Part shown: one piece after another, positions 1 through 12,900 of the stretch
Layout of the letters: every line of letters begins with the position of its first letter
How positions within the stretch are numbered: position 1 is the stretch's first letter
Source: Elusimicrobia bacterium RIFOXYA2_FULL_39_19
Lineage (GTDB): Bacteria; Elusimicrobiota; Endomicrobiia; CG1-02-37-114; XYA2-FULL-39-19
NCBI GenBank assembly: GCA_001800285.1
Contig: MGVC01000014.1
Coordinates: 1,756 to 65,755, forward strand
Direction: 5' to 3'
Length of the DNA: 64,000 nucleotides
Made by a program: the position numbers and the translations under genes
Notes under the pieces: generated by a model
What the model saw: only the letters and a program-made list of their open reading frames with translations
Told to the model about the DNA's origin: nothing
Databases searched by the model: none

Positions 1-1158
1 TATGCCCAGCCTGCTTTCCACGCTTGCCTTGTAAGCGGCATCTGTTACTTCCGGGGACATATTTACGGTATCTGTGCTGTGCGCGCTTCTTGCATAGTCG
101 CATTTAAAGGTGGCGTATTTGAAGGACCCGATCATAAAATTAACACCCATTACCTTGTTCTGCAGGGGGTATACATCTGTGCCGGTATTAAGGATTGAAT
201 TTTTATCATCAGAGCTGGTAACGTAGTTAATGCTTACCGAATTATCATAAAAAATATCTATCTTTTCCTGGACTGCATAAACATACCTGGCAAAGTTGCC
301 GTTGGCTGTTATGGTACCGCTGGAATTTAGCGCCGCTTCTTTGGGGTCTACGCTTCTGGCGGCCACTATTGACGTTGTGGCAGGGCCTGTTCTTATAACC
401 GGCATTACGCCTCGCATACCGGCGTTGGACAGAGATAAAGCGCTGAAATTTGGCATTATGTCGCCGAAAGTAACATCAAACTTGCTGGAGCGGTAATCTA
501 AAATAAAGTTATATAAATCAAAGGTTTTTTCCGGAGTGTGGTAAGTATATACGTTGCAGACTACGCTTTTCTGATAAATGCTTCCCAGCACGTTTAAGCT
601 GATATTTCCCACATAATTTTTCCAGTTGTCTTTTGATTCGTTTTTATAAGCAATGGTTGCGTTGCCGCCAATCTGCACATCTTTGGGCGGTTTTACCTCC
701 GGGGCAATAACAGTAATAGGGGTTATGGTTAAGGGCTGGAAGTCGCTATAGGCAAGGCGCTGAGTGTTTTGAATATAGCTTACCTTATAATAATAGGCTC
801 CGCCGGCATTGGGAGGCACGTTGAAAGTTACAAAATCAAGAATGGTTCCGCCGGGCGCTACATCTTCTTTATTTTTTGCTTTATCTGATTTACCCAGATA
901 TACTTTATCTTTGTCATAAACTTCTACTTCCAGCTCACAGGTGCCGCTGCCCCAGGCAGTACCGCTTCTGTTGACAGTAATTACCTGAAAGGTTACTTTT
1001 TCACCGGCATTTACCGGATCCGGGGCGGGTACAATCAGCTGAAATTCAGCCAGGTCTGCCGCAAAAGCAAGAGAAACAACGGCTCCTACAATAAAGAAAG
1101 CGAACCCTAAAGTTCGCATTAAATTACTGCCTTTGTTCTCATAATTGTTTGTTTTCAC
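1..1158 (-). CDS. Partial (3' end runs off window) exported protein: N-terminal Ig-like domain followed by probable outer-membrane beta-barrel
   Basis: Not in the ORF track. My translation from GTG 1158 (or ATG 1119) is open to base 1: signal peptide MRTLGFAFFIVGAVVSLAFA, Ig-like 'PDPVNAGEKVTFQV..N....W', then amphipathic strands with motif 'FGDIMPNFSALSLSNAGMRG'. Confidence 0.7.
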   Translation of the reverse strand, partial: MKTNNYENKGSNLMRTLGFAFFIVGAVVSLAFAADLAEFQLIVPAPDPVNAGEKVTFQVITVNRSGTAWGSGTCELEVEVYDKDKVYLGKSDKAKNKEDVAPGGTILDFVTFNVPPNAGGAYYYKVSYIQNTQRLAYSDFQPLTITPITVIAPEVKPPKDVQIGGNATIAYKNESKDNWKNYVGNISLNVLGSIYQKSVVCNVYTYHTPEKTFDLYNFILDYRSSKFDVTFGDIMPNFSALSLSNAGMRGVMPVIRTGPATTSIVAARSVDPKEAALNSSGTITANGNFARYVYAVQEKIDIFYDNSVSINYVTSSDDKNSILNTGTDVYPLQNKVMGVNFMIGSFKYATFKCDYARSAHSTDTVNMSPEVTDAAYKASVESRLGI

Positions 1159-1200
1159 AAGCAATATTCCCTGGCTTTCGGATTAAATAATCCTTTTATA

Positions 1201-1929
1201 TTACTTCTTGAATTTTAATTTAATTGTCTTTTCTTCGCCGGCATCTGTTTTTATTTTCATATTAAGCGTCTTTCTTTCTATTTTTATTTCTTCCTGCCAG
1301 CCTCGCTTTCCATCCATTTCATCTTTTTTCACTTCTTCGGGCTGGCCCGGGGCATTGCCACCGGTAGCTGTTGCCTGCTGGTTTTCTTTTACTTCCACTG
1401 AGCCGTATTCATTTTCAAACTGCACTATACCTTTTACTACCATTACGGTGGTATCTCCGTTTTCAGAGACATCCGTATCAAATTCCGTACCGCGCACGCT
1501 GACTACAGCCACGGGTGTTTTTACAGAAAACCTTAACCCGCCGCCTTTTTTTGCCCTTAAACTGCAGGTCCCCTGGCCTTTATTTATTCTTACCGTATCG
1601 GATTTGCCGGGCTCACTGATATCTATTGCAAATTCTGTATTCTGGTTTATTTTAACTTCTGCGCCGTTTGAAAACATGATAGCCGCTTTTGACTTTTTGG
1701 CTGTCCTTAACTTATCACCTTGATATAAAAACATGCCTGATTTTGCTCTCTCCCAAGTCGTTTTACCTTCTCGCTGAACTTCCATCTTACCCATAACCTG
1801 GGTAACCATAGCCGCCACATCTTTTTTAGCAGCATGAACGTCTGTAAGCAGGAAGTGGGAAGTAGTAAGTAGTAATAATAACAAAACAGTGATAAACGGG
1901 TTTAATTTATAATTTTTTAAAAAGTTCAT
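1201..1929 (-). CDS. Exported FecR-domain protein
   Basis: Signal peptide ending VHA-A; FecR-type motifs 'LYQGDKLRT..KSKAAIMFSNGAEVKINQNTEF' and 'VKTPVAVVSVRGTEF..V.E.G.T.V.V..G.V'. Confidence 0.85.
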   Translation of the reverse strand: MNFLKNYKLNPFITVLLLLLLTTSHFLLTDVHAAKKDVAAMVTQVMGKMEVQREGKTTWERAKSGMFLYQGDKLRTAKKSKAAIMFSNGAEVKINQNTEFAIDISEPGKSDTVRINKGQGTCSLRAKKGGGLRFSVKTPVAVVSVRGTEFDTDVSENGDTTVMVVKGIVQFENEYGSVEVKENQQATATGGNAPGQPEEVKKDEMDGKRGWQEEIKIERKTLNMKIKTDAGEEKTIKLKFKK

Positions 1930-1956
1930 GAATGCTCTCTCTTTGTATGATTTTTA

Positions 1957-1990
1957 CTTGCGACTTGCGAATCACAACTTACAACTTACG
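1957..1990. repeat. Degenerate heptamer tandem array (acttgcg/acttaca)
   Basis: acttgcg acttgcg aatcaca acttaca acttacg upstream of the FecR gene. Confidence 0.6.
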
Positions 1991-2031
1991 TTTTTTATTT
2001 TTTTTCTTTTTTCTATTCCCTTATTTCCCTA

Positions 2032-2198
2032 TGAACATTTCTTCTGAAAGACCTTTACAGTTAAACAACGCGAAGAAACATTTATGAAGAAAACCTCTTG
2101 GTGGCGACTTGGGCTAACTTGGAGCCACCAAAAGAGTGAGCTGCCGGCGAACGTTTTTCGGAAGAAATGTTTCTGAGCGGTGTGCGCAGAAATGTTCA
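2032..2198. repeat. ~167-bp nested imperfect palindrome (REP/MITE-like or structured RNA)
   Basis: tgaacatttct(2032)/agaaatgttca(2188); agaaacattt(2074)/aaatgtttct(2165); ctcttggtggc(2095)/gccaccaaaagag(2124). Confidence 0.7.
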
Positions 2199-2201
2199 CC
2201 C

Positions 2202-3773
2202 CTACTCTTTTTCCTCTTCTACCGTATAACTCACAATAGTCGCTTTCTTGTCTTTGAGCATATAGAAAAGATCCTGTATATTGCCTGCAGGCTCTAATAC
2301 AATCTCTGTCAGATTAAACCCTTCAAACTGGTCAATCACTTTTTTATCTTTTATCAAATCCTTGGTAATATTTAGCATATCCTGCGGTGTAATATCTGCG
2401 CGCTTGGCTTCCTCTTTCTTTTCTTCCTGCTTTTTTTCTTCTTCTTTTGCCTTTAATTCCAGTTCAAAATCCGTATTCGGATAAGCCTTATGTTTGCTTA
2501 CTGTTACCGTAAGGGCTTCTGAATCCTTATAATCCGGGTGCGTTACTTTTATAGAATAATCGCCTAACGCCAGGTTTTCTATTTTATATTCCCCGCCGTT
2601 ATTGGTTTTAACTATTCCGCTGGCCGGCCCGCTGAACATAATGGTAGCTTCGGCTACTTTTTTGGTTTTGCTTCCTTTTTCTATTACGCTTCCCAATATT
2701 TTTGCTTTTTCCTTTATAGGAACTCTTATGACTTTGGTTAAAATATTGTTCTTTGGGTTATCATCAAAAATATTTAAAGTGGCGCTTACGGTAACTGCCT
2801 CACCGGTTAAGGACCCGCAGTTAAACACAACGGTTTTTGTATCACTGGCTTCTATGGTATTTATGCTTTGTGAAGGGACTATGTTGCCGCCTACTATCAC
2901 CAGGTCCAGGCTGGTATTGGACTCAGTTTTATTGCCGAGATTTTTAATTAAAACACCCAGCATTAAAGCATCTACGGTGGTTCTTTCATCAAGAATAATA
3001 TCTGAAACCGCCAAATCCGAAGACATAACAGTTGCATCTTTTATAGTAAAAGAAAACGGAGATCTGGTTTCTGCTACAACGCGGTCCATGGAATCCAGGC
3101 CGTCAACTTTCCAATAATAAACAGGCCCGCTTTTAAGCTTTGCCATCTGGTCAGAGGGGTCCCTGGGATATTCTATCTGGGTAGTATAGGATTCACTGGT
3201 CCACAAGGGACGGTAAAAAGAAGCATTATCACCTACATGTATTTTATACTTGGTGGCGCCGCTGCCGCTCCAGCTGAAAATTAACGGCTGGGCTAAAATG
3301 TCTCTGGCGCCGTCATAGGGATAGGTTAATGAGATATTGGAAGAAGTAATGTTAAACATGGCGGTATTTGAAACAGTAACACCTTCCGCAGTTATAGCTT
3401 CACCCTTAAACTTATAATTGCCGGGTTTTGTATAAAAAGACATAGGAATATTTCTAAGTTCCGTACCCCCCATGCCAATAGTTCCCGGCATAGAGTTGCC
3501 ATCCTGGTAAAATACCTGCGCGCCGTTGGGGTCATACACATAGAACTTGAAATTGACGGTGCTTGAAAATGTATCGTTATAGATAGCTATTTTAAAAGTG
3601 ATGGTTTCGGTGTTTGAATAGGTGGTTCTCTGCATAAACGCGGAATCCAGCGTTTGTACGGCAGTAATGGATACGGCTCCTGCTGATGCCGCAAACATAA
3701 AACAAATTGCAACAGTTAATAATATGCTTAGTTTATTTTTTATTCCCATACTCTCTCTCTTATCTTTTTTCAA
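2202..3773 (-). CDS. Exported multi-Ig protein with CARDB-like and carboxypeptidase-regulatory-like domains
   Basis: Signal peptide (…FAASAGA); 'SDLAVSDI…IKNLG…D.NP.NN' CARDB-type motif; 'ILGSV…TNNGGEYKIENLALGDYSIKVTHPDY' CarboxypepD_reg-type motif. The start may be the Met at aa 9. Confidence 0.75.
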   Translation of the reverse strand: MKKDKRESMGIKNKLSILLTVAICFMFAASAGAVSITAVQTLDSAFMQRTTYSNTETITFKIAIYNDTFSSTVNFKFYVYDPNGAQVFYQDGNSMPGTIGMGGTELRNIPMSFYTKPGNYKFKGEAITAEGVTVSNTAMFNITSSNISLTYPYDGARDILAQPLIFSWSGSGATKYKIHVGDNASFYRPLWTSESYTTQIEYPRDPSDQMAKLKSGPVYYWKVDGLDSMDRVVAETRSPFSFTIKDATVMSSDLAVSDIILDERTTVDALMLGVLIKNLGNKTESNTSLDLVIVGGNIVPSQSINTIEASDTKTVVFNCGSLTGEAVTVSATLNIFDDNPKNNILTKVIRVPIKEKAKILGSVIEKGSKTKKVAEATIMFSGPASGIVKTNNGGEYKIENLALGDYSIKVTHPDYKDSEALTVTVSKHKAYPNTDFELELKAKEEEKKQEEKKEEAKRADITPQDMLNITKDLIKDKKVIDQFEGFNLTEIVLEPAGNIQDLFYMLKDKKATIVSYTVEEEKE

Positions 3774-3810
3774 TAACGGGCATAAGACCCGTCTTGCTTA
3801 ATTGCTATAT

Positions 3811-3907
3811 TAAGTTTATAAGATTATAAGTTGATAGGTTGATATGGTAATATTTGTTTTCTGTCCGTTCTTATCAACTTATCAACATATCAACCATTTA
3901 TCATCTA
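3811..3907. repeat. Inverted pair of octamer arrays
   Basis: taagttta taagatta taagttga taggttga … cttatcaa cttatcaa catatcaa directly after the stop codon of the giant gene. Confidence 0.7.
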
Positions 3908-3909
3908 TA

Positions 3910-6900
3910 CTATTTGATTATAGCAAATTTGCCTATAAACCTGGCTTTCTCGCCGTTGGCATTATCTTTCACTTCAAGAATAAACAGGTAAACTCCGCTG
4001 GCCGCCAGGTCTCCTGCGTCATTTCTGCAATTCCATACATATTTACGGTTGGCATTGGTTTCTATGATAACATCTATTTCAGCATCGTTTATAGTTTTTA
4101 CAAGTTCGCCGGCAATGGTGTATACCTTTATTTGTGATTCCGGCACATTATAACCGGTGTAATACTTTAAGGTTAGGCTTCCTATAGTGCTGGGGTTAGG
4201 ATAAGAAATAGTTTTGCCGTCTAATATTCCCTGGAATGAAAGTGTTATAGAAACACGCTGGCCCTCTTTTACATCCAGGACTTTCATAGTGCTGTAAACA
4301 ACTCCGTTATAACCCTTCACCACATATTTACCGGGCAGAAGATTCGGAATTTCATATTTGCCGCTGTTATCTATGGGAATACGCAGTGTTGTGCCGGGGC
4401 CGTCTTTTAAGTGGTAAATTTCCACATAACCTATGCCGTTACCCGGTACCAGCGCTTTTGCGCGGAATTTATAATCGCTGAATTTTGCTGCGCTCATGGC
4501 AGATAGTTTGCCGGTTGCTTTATAACCCGCCATCTGGCCGGATATGGTAGCAAGTTCATAATCTATTTCCAGGGTAAAGTTAACGCTCTTGGTGCCTGTT
4601 TTAACTTCTCTGTACACCAGGGATACTTTTTCTCCCTCATACAGAGACACCCTGATGATGTAAGTTGTATTTTCTGTTAAACCCGTGAAGTTATAAGTAC
4701 CGTCCGTATAAGTATAAACTTTTTTTACTACGGTATCATTTAACAGGGCTTCACACGGAATAGTGGAAAGAGGCGTGCCGTCTTTCTGCGTAACTTTTCC
4801 TAATATTGTATCCGGTGCTATGATTTCATAAGGAAGCGCTTTTTCCGGGCCGATATGGCCTGATTCATAATCCGCTGTATCTACTGCTGTTACCTTATAA
4901 TAGTAGGTTACGCCGTTTTCCAGGTTATCGGTATCGGTAATGCCTGCTACAGTAACAGTTCTTATTTTTTCATAGGCATTCTGCGTGCCGTCCGCTGAAA
5001 CACTGGAACGGTAAACAAAATATTTACTGAAAGATACCGTGTTGCTCATGGTCCAGGTAAGCACAGCCTGTTTGTCGCTGGCTGTTACCGCAAGGGAAGC
5101 AGGATTGAACATTATATGCACATCATCAAACTGGGCATAAGTGGCATTGGCATACAAGCCCACATACCCGCCGGTATAATCATTGCTTACGGTTTCTTCG
5201 CAGACAAGCGTGTAGGTTACGCCGTCAGCAGACATATAAACTCTCTTGGTTGTGCCTGAAGTGTATACTTTTACATAATACCAGGTGCCGTTTGAAATAT
5301 TATAAGTTCCCTGGGAAAGCTGTGTGCCGCTTAAAGTTTTTAAAGTAAAGGTAAAGGTTGAGCCTTCATTGCTGAATTTATAACCCTGGGTGCCGTCTGC
5401 ACGGAAGACTACGCCGGCATCCAGCCCTTCTACCATTTTCATTTTTGTATAATAGGTAAAATCAGTATAAGTGCGCGTGGTAAGCAGGCTTACTTTATTT
5501 CCCGCCCTGGTATCCTGCTGGCTATAAACAGTGTTGCCGGCAGAACCTTCTTCAAGCGCCCAGACACCCGAATTCTGCTGCCAGATGCCGCCGGTAGTAT
5601 TTACGCCGCTGACCATTCTTAAATCATCAACAATAACAGAAGCTGTTTTTCCCGGCATGGATACCGCATCAATGTGGACAGCTACTACATTATTCCAGAA
5701 GAAGGTGCCTGCCTTTGCGCCGTCTGCGCGGGTAATATTTACTTTATTCCAGCCGGTAGTGAGATTATTTATGGTATATTCAATTCTGTTTGCAAAATCC
5801 GCAGTATAGCCGAATACAAGTTTTATATAAGACAGGTTGTTCTGGTCATCTACGTTTATCCATAATGACAAGCCGTCACTGTCGTTAAGTTTTGAGTAAG
5901 TCATACCGGTCACAAAGTTAAAGGTGCTGGCAACTACAGCTGAGTTCATGGAAGTCAGCAACAGTGCAGAAGAGCCTTCCTTATAACCCGTTGATACGCT
6001 TACCGCGCCTACCCAGGTTTCTGAAGCTTCAAATCTGGTAATGGTGCTGTAATACTGGTTATATTCTGAGAAGGTTATATGCACGCTTCCTGCGGTAAAT
6101 AGCATTACCGGGCAGCCGTTAACTTCGCTGGAAGCGGAACTTTCATAATTGGTGTTATCAATGGCGGTTAACTGATAATAATAGGTAGTATTGTTTGCCA
6201 CTGATTTATCCTGATAACTTACGCTTGGATTTAAAATGGTGGCAATGTAACTCTTTGATGCCAGGTTTCCGCTGGCAATGCTTCTGTATAATTTGTACGC
6301 CTTTATATCCGGCTCAGAGCTTGTCAGCCAGGAAAGGTTTAACTGCCCGCCTTCCGGCTGAACGGTAAGCTGTAAACTTGCCGGTGCTGCAGGCGCCAGA
6401 TTTCTGGCATAAGTGGTTGCGGCATTTGAAATATCGCTGTAGTTGCCGTAATCATCAACAGCCCATATTCTAAAGTAATAGGTAGCATCCGGATATAAGC
6501 CCGCTAATTTATAGGCCATTGTTGTGCCGGATGAAATACCGGCAGTGGAAATTGTTATCTGGGCATTGGTATAAGCCCAACCCACGGAGGCAGAGGTGGC
6601 GTACGCTATACGGAAAGCTCCGTTAAAAATTCCTGAAACATCATCATCACCCGTTGAATTCCAGGAAAGCAGTATTTCGCCTTCACTGTCTCCCGTGTTA
6701 GCAGAAAGCGTGGTAATAGCCGCAGGGCTGACTTTATCTGCAGTATCAATAACGAATTTTATTTCCTGAGAACTGAATGTGGTTAAACCAGAATTATCTA
6801 CTGCCGCAACTTTCCAGTAATAGGTGTTATCAGAAAGGAAAGCAAAATTATAAATTGAAGGGACAAGCCCTGTGACCGTCATAGTATTTGCAAAAGTTAT

Positions 6901-9900
6901 ATAGGTTGAATAATAAATTGAATAAGTTAAGCTGGCACCGAGGTCCGCATCAGAAGAATCCTGCCAGTCAAGTGTAATAGTGGTGGTACCATTTATTACA
7001 CCGTCAGCCGGTGACAATAGATTAAATGCCGCCGGCGCATTTGGCACTGTATCTACCGTGAAAGCGCCCATGAAAGTGCTCGTGCTGGACAAAGTTGAAC
7101 CGCCCGTAGCATAGGACCTTATTCTCCAGTAATAGGAAGCGTTATCCATAAGCGGTGTCGCTAATGTATAACCTGTTGTACCAGTAATTCCTGAAACAAA
7201 ACTGTACCCGCCAAATCCTGAGTCTGTGGTATATTGCACTTCATAACTTACCGGGTCTGCTTCCGGGTCTGTGGCAGCAGTCCAGTTAAAATAAGGATTT
7301 AACGTGGTTACTACCGTAGAAGCTACCGGATAAATCAAGTTAACCGCTGTCGGCGGGCCATTGGGCACTCTGTCTGTTATTATTGAAATAGTGCTGTTGA
7401 AATTCGTAAATATGCTGTCAGTATTCTGCGCTCTTACCTTAATATAATAAGTTGTGCCCTGAGTAAGAGTGGTTATAGTTGAAGTGGTGCCGGCAGTCAG
7501 TGTGCCAAGTGTTGTTGTGGCAAAGGAGGTATCTGTGGCTCTGGCTACCTGATAGTTTGTGCCTGCCGGGTTTGTATCTCCCCAGGTTATTGTGGTACTT
7601 GATAGGCCCACCATAACCATAGCTGCAGAACCCGGAACTTCGGCCATGGAGTATTTAGTTAATGCTGTAGAATTTGCAGTACCTGACGGATTATAAGCCT
7701 GCACATAAACGTTTGAAGATGAATTTACAGAAAGCCCTGTCATTATCCAATAAGTTACACTGGCAGCTAAGTCACCGCTTAAATTTGCATTATCCGCATC
7801 GCTTCTTACACGGTGGCCGAAAGCAAACGTGCCAGGTACCCAGCTCCACTGAATTGAATTAGTAGATAAAGGTGTACCGGATAATGTTGGAGCAAGCGGC
7901 GCAGGCAAAATAGTCAGCGTTGAAATAACGCTGTCAAAGTTTGTCGGCTGGCTGTTTTCAGAGTAAGCACAGACCTTGTAGTAATAAGTTGTGTAAATTG
8001 TCAGTCCGGTATCTGTGTAATTTGTGCCGGTTAGGCCGTTAGAGAAATCTCTTACGGTAACGGTGGTGGCCCACACGCTGTCTGATGAACGGAGGATGCC
8101 GTATTTGGTGTAGGATGGGTTTTGGTTATTGCTCCAATTTACTGTGATGCTGTATGATGTTACATTGTTTACATACGAACCTGACGGGAAATTAGCCAGG
8201 GTCATATTATAGGCAGGCAAACCGCTTGAAACACTGGCAGCAGTACGGCTGATAACAGTAACTCTTCCGTAGTATGTAGTGTTAGGCGTAAGGTTTATTA
8301 TTTGCTTTTGTGCTGTATCTGACTTCACGCTTTCAGAACTTCCTTGAATTGAAGAAAAAGCCGCCTGGCTTGACACTTCAAAAACATATCTTGTATCGGC
8401 CGGATTTGAGGTAGCATCAGATGACCAGTCAGCAATAAGCGAAGATTGAGTGACTGTACCCCAGTTTAAACCATTGGGAGATTCCGGAAGAGTAGCATTC
8501 CATGGCTGAGCTGCATAACCTACGGTTTGCAGGCCAACACGGTTTCCTGCAAGAATTCTTATATAGTATGTCGTGTTTGGGTTCAAGCTTCCAAGAGTAC
8601 CTGAAGCATCAGATCTCAATCTGGACTGCTGGCTGGTTATAGTTGAAAAATCGCTGGAAGTTGCTGCCTGCACTACATAAGGCGTATCTGCCGGGTTATC
8701 AGGCACTGAGGCAACCCAGATAATTTCTATTGAATTACTCAATACTGTTCCATAACCGGTTGAATTCGGAGTGTTGCAAAGGGTAACTTTGGTTGTCAAA
8801 TCAATATATTGACTGTCAATGCTATTGCCATTTCTTGCCATAACCTGGAAGTAATAAGTTGTATTTGGGTCAAGATTCCAGAATTCTGCATAAATATTCT
8901 TCGTGTCGGATGAAACAAATACCGGCCCGGCTGTGCTGACGGATGAACATTCCACAACATAATCTGTGCCATTTGCATTGCCATTCTGGGTCCAATCTGC
9001 CTGTATATAGTTATTCCCCACGCTGGAGAAAACAGCAAACCCGGGCACTGTTGCCAGTGCGTACTTTAACTGCGGGCCGGACGGTGCTGAACCTTCAGCA
9101 TTAAAGGATTCTACATAAACATTTGTTGATATGTTTGCGCTTAAGCCCTGCTGGTTCCACCAGGTGGTAGAGGCACTTAAATCACCGCTTAAGTTTGCAT
9201 CACCTGTAAAACTTCTGATTCTGTAACCATCTGCAAAGGATACCGTGTTCCAGTTCCACATAATTATATTTGTTGAAAGAGCTGTTCCGGTTAAACCTGC
9301 CGGAGCGTCTAAGGACCCCATCTTTGTTCTTGTGGAAACCACAACATCCGGCACGGTAACTGCACCTGTTTCATTATAAGCACTCACTCTGTAATAATAG
9401 CTGGAGTCGCTTAACAGCAATGAATCTGCATAAGAATAAGTAACCCAGTTGCTGGCAAAATTAAGAAGCGTTACTGAAGTAGCAAAATTGTCAGTAGATC
9501 TTTCCAGGGCAAATTTGGTATACCCCGGATTTGTATTATCTGACCAGTTAACAGTGATAGTAGTTGATGTAACTGCATTTAAGTACGAAGAAACCGGCGG
9601 CTGTGCAAAAGTAAGTTTTGCTATTGAGCTTGTATATTGTGTTTCGTTGCTTAAAGAATCCTTTACTTTTACTCTCAGCCAGTAAGTAGTGTTTGGAGTA
9701 AGAGTTGTAAATGTAGCGCTTGAGGTCCAGCCTTCGTTGAAATTACCCCAGGTAATATTATCCGTTGAAAGCTGTAAATAATAAGGCGTGCCTGCAAGGC
9801 CCAACAGTTCATCATTTGCGCTTAAGTTTGCCTGCAACACCGTTATGGAAGTTACATAAATATTATTTGTATCAAAGGTTAAGTTAACCGGCGGCACGGT

Positions 9901-12900
9901 ATCTACCAGCAGGCTGAAAGTGGATGAAAATGCGGAATAATTGCTTAAGGAATCTTTAGAACGTACTTTCCAGAAATATCCTTTTGAACCCATATTTAAA
10001 AGAGTTACTGCTGATATCGCCGGTACAGAGCTGTAGGAAATAGCGCCGAAGTCCGCAGAAGTAGAAACCAGCAATTCATATTCAGCTATGCCTGCTATAT
10101 CGCTTGAGTCAGACCAGTCAAAAGATACGTTGCCCAGGTTTACCGCGCTGGTGTCTGTTGGAGTTAATAATGACGGCACGGAAGTATTTGTGTTGTCATA
10201 GGTAAAGGTGAATGTTGAATAAATGTCTGACCAGTTTGTGCTTGAATCCTGAGATTTTGCAATTACCGTGTAAGAAGAATCGCTTACCCAGGCAGGAACA
10301 GGATTGTAAGTCCAGGTAGGATTTGTAAATACAGTTACGCCGTTCCAGGCAGGGCCCGCGGTAAATGTTGAACCATTCCACTCATTGTTATCTGAAAGTC
10401 TGATTATTCTTACCTGCACGGTTGAAACTTCTATGTTATCATCTGCGGTGCCTGTTATGCTGGCAAGCGCGCTGTAAAATGCCAGCGACGGTTTTGTAAC
10501 ACCAACCGTAGGCGCAACATAATCCGGCGCGTTACTGGTATAAGATGAAGCGGTAGTATCAAAGATAGTAGGTGTGCCTGTTTCATTATAAGCACAGACT
10601 TTATAATAATAAGTATTGCCGGATGAAAGGCCCGTATCTATGTAGTTGTTTACCTGCAGGCTGTCAGTAAAGGTTTTAATTGTGGTGGTGCTGGTAAAGT
10701 TATCCACGGACCTTAAAATACCGTAACGGGTATAGTCAGGGTTGGAATTTTTTAACCAGTTTATTCTTAAGGTTGATGAAGTGATATTGTCTATATAAGT
10801 GCTTAACGGCTGGTTTGCATAAGTTATGTTTGCCACCGGCGCCGGTGAAGCGACGCCTGTTGAATTTTCCCAGTTAACAGCCCAGATTCTACCGTAATAA
10901 GTTGTGTTTGGTGTCAGGTTTGCTACCACTGCATTACCGGCACCTTTTACTGTAGAGCTTGTGAAATATGGGGCCGACATACTGCTTGAAGTTGAAACCA
11001 CAGCGGTATAAACAGTATTGGCAGGATTTGTTGCAGTGTCACCCGACCAATCAAGCTGTAATGATGTTGGCGTAATACCAGTCCAATTTATATTGTTTGC
11101 AAGTTCAGCATTTGTTACTTTTACACCAAGATTATAAATTTCATCTTTTCCGGCATGGTTTCTGGCTATCAATCTGCCATAGTAAGTTGTGTTAGGAATA
11201 AGAGGGCTAATGTTTGCTGTGCCATTTTGAATATTCGTAAATGAAGAACCATCTATTGAAGAAAAATCATTTGCCAGAGAAATCTGCGCAATGTAAACTG
11301 TATTCTCAGGATTATTGGTTGTATCTGACCAATTTATATCAAGGTATGTGTCTCCGGGCCCATAGGTAACGCCGGCCGGAACAGCACAGTAAGTTACACT
11401 GGTAACAGGTAAAGTATAAACCGCATCTTCAAGTTCGCGGTTTCTGGCAATAAGCCTGCCGTAATATGTTGTATTGGCTGTTAGAGAATCCAGAGTAACC
11501 GCGCCTGTTTCTTTGGTTGTCTGGGATGAAATGACAATGGTTGTGAAATCTGTTGCTGTTGAAATCTGCGGTATATAAGTTGTATCAGCCGGATTACCGG
11601 AAGAATCTGACCACCAGTCAATATCTAATGAATCCAGAGACTGGTAAGACCAAATTATGTTTACCGGCGTGTTGCAGTTTGTTGCTTTCCAGTCTGGTGA
11701 CGGCTGGACTGAATTTTTGATATGGAATCTATTAATTGCGGCAACAATAACATAATAAGTTGTATTAGGTGACAAACCGGTAATTTCTGCATTACCTGCA
11801 GATCTTACTGTTTCACTGGTATAAACTGTTATAAAATCAGGAGTGCTTGATACTTTCAATTGATATGTAGTATCTGAAGGATTATCAGGTGTTGAGGCAC
11901 CCCAGCTTACCTGCATAGTTGTTGAAGTAACTGTACCATAAGTTACGCTTGCCGGCTGACTGCAATAGGTAACCGTTGAAACTTCTGAATTAAAAGTACT
12001 GTATCCGCCCCTTACATTCTTTGCGCGTACCTGATAATAATATGTTGTATTAGGATCAAGGGTATTATGTGTTACAGGGCCCGCGCCAATTCCGGATGAA
12101 ATCAAACCATAAGATAAATTATCACCGGTTGAAGCAAAAACTTCATACTCTGTCCATACCTGGTTTGACTGTCCCCACGAAACACCGGCACTGCTAATTC
12201 CAATAGAAACTACATTTAAAGTTCCCGGAACATTAACTGCGGTTGCAGTATCAATATTTGCAGCATAATTTGAATAAACATTATCACCGTTTCTTGCCCT
12301 GATACGGTAATAATATGATGTATCGGGATTTAGTGTATTATGCACCACATTGGCAGTCCAGACATTTTCATAAATTATTCCCCAGGAATAGTCAACCATT
12401 GTTGAAACTTCTACGCAATAAAATGTTCCTGCAGAATTGTTGTCTGAACCAAAATCTACCTGAATATTGTCCGTTCCAATACTCCCGAAAGAAATCGGGT
12501 TAGGCATATCAGCCAATGTATACTTTGAGTAACTACCGGAAGCTGAAGAGCCCATAACATTGAAAGATTCGATGTATATGCTGGTTGAAATATTCGCAGT
12601 AAAACCTGTTTGGTCCCAGTAAGTTACGTTTTGCGCCAGGTCACCGCTTAAATTAACATCATCACCTGAACTTTTTACTCTGTGCCCGTCAGCATTAGTA
12701 CCTTTTGTCCAATTCCACTGAATTGAATTGACAGTTGCAATAGCAGAAATGCCTGCAGGTGCATCCGGAGCCAGCGGAATTGTAAGAGTTGAAACAGTAA
12801 TATCATAAGCAGTTATAATACCACTTTCATTGTAAGCACAAATCTTATAGAAGTAGGAAGTATCTATTTGAAGAGAGGAATCCGTATAAGAGTTTGTATT

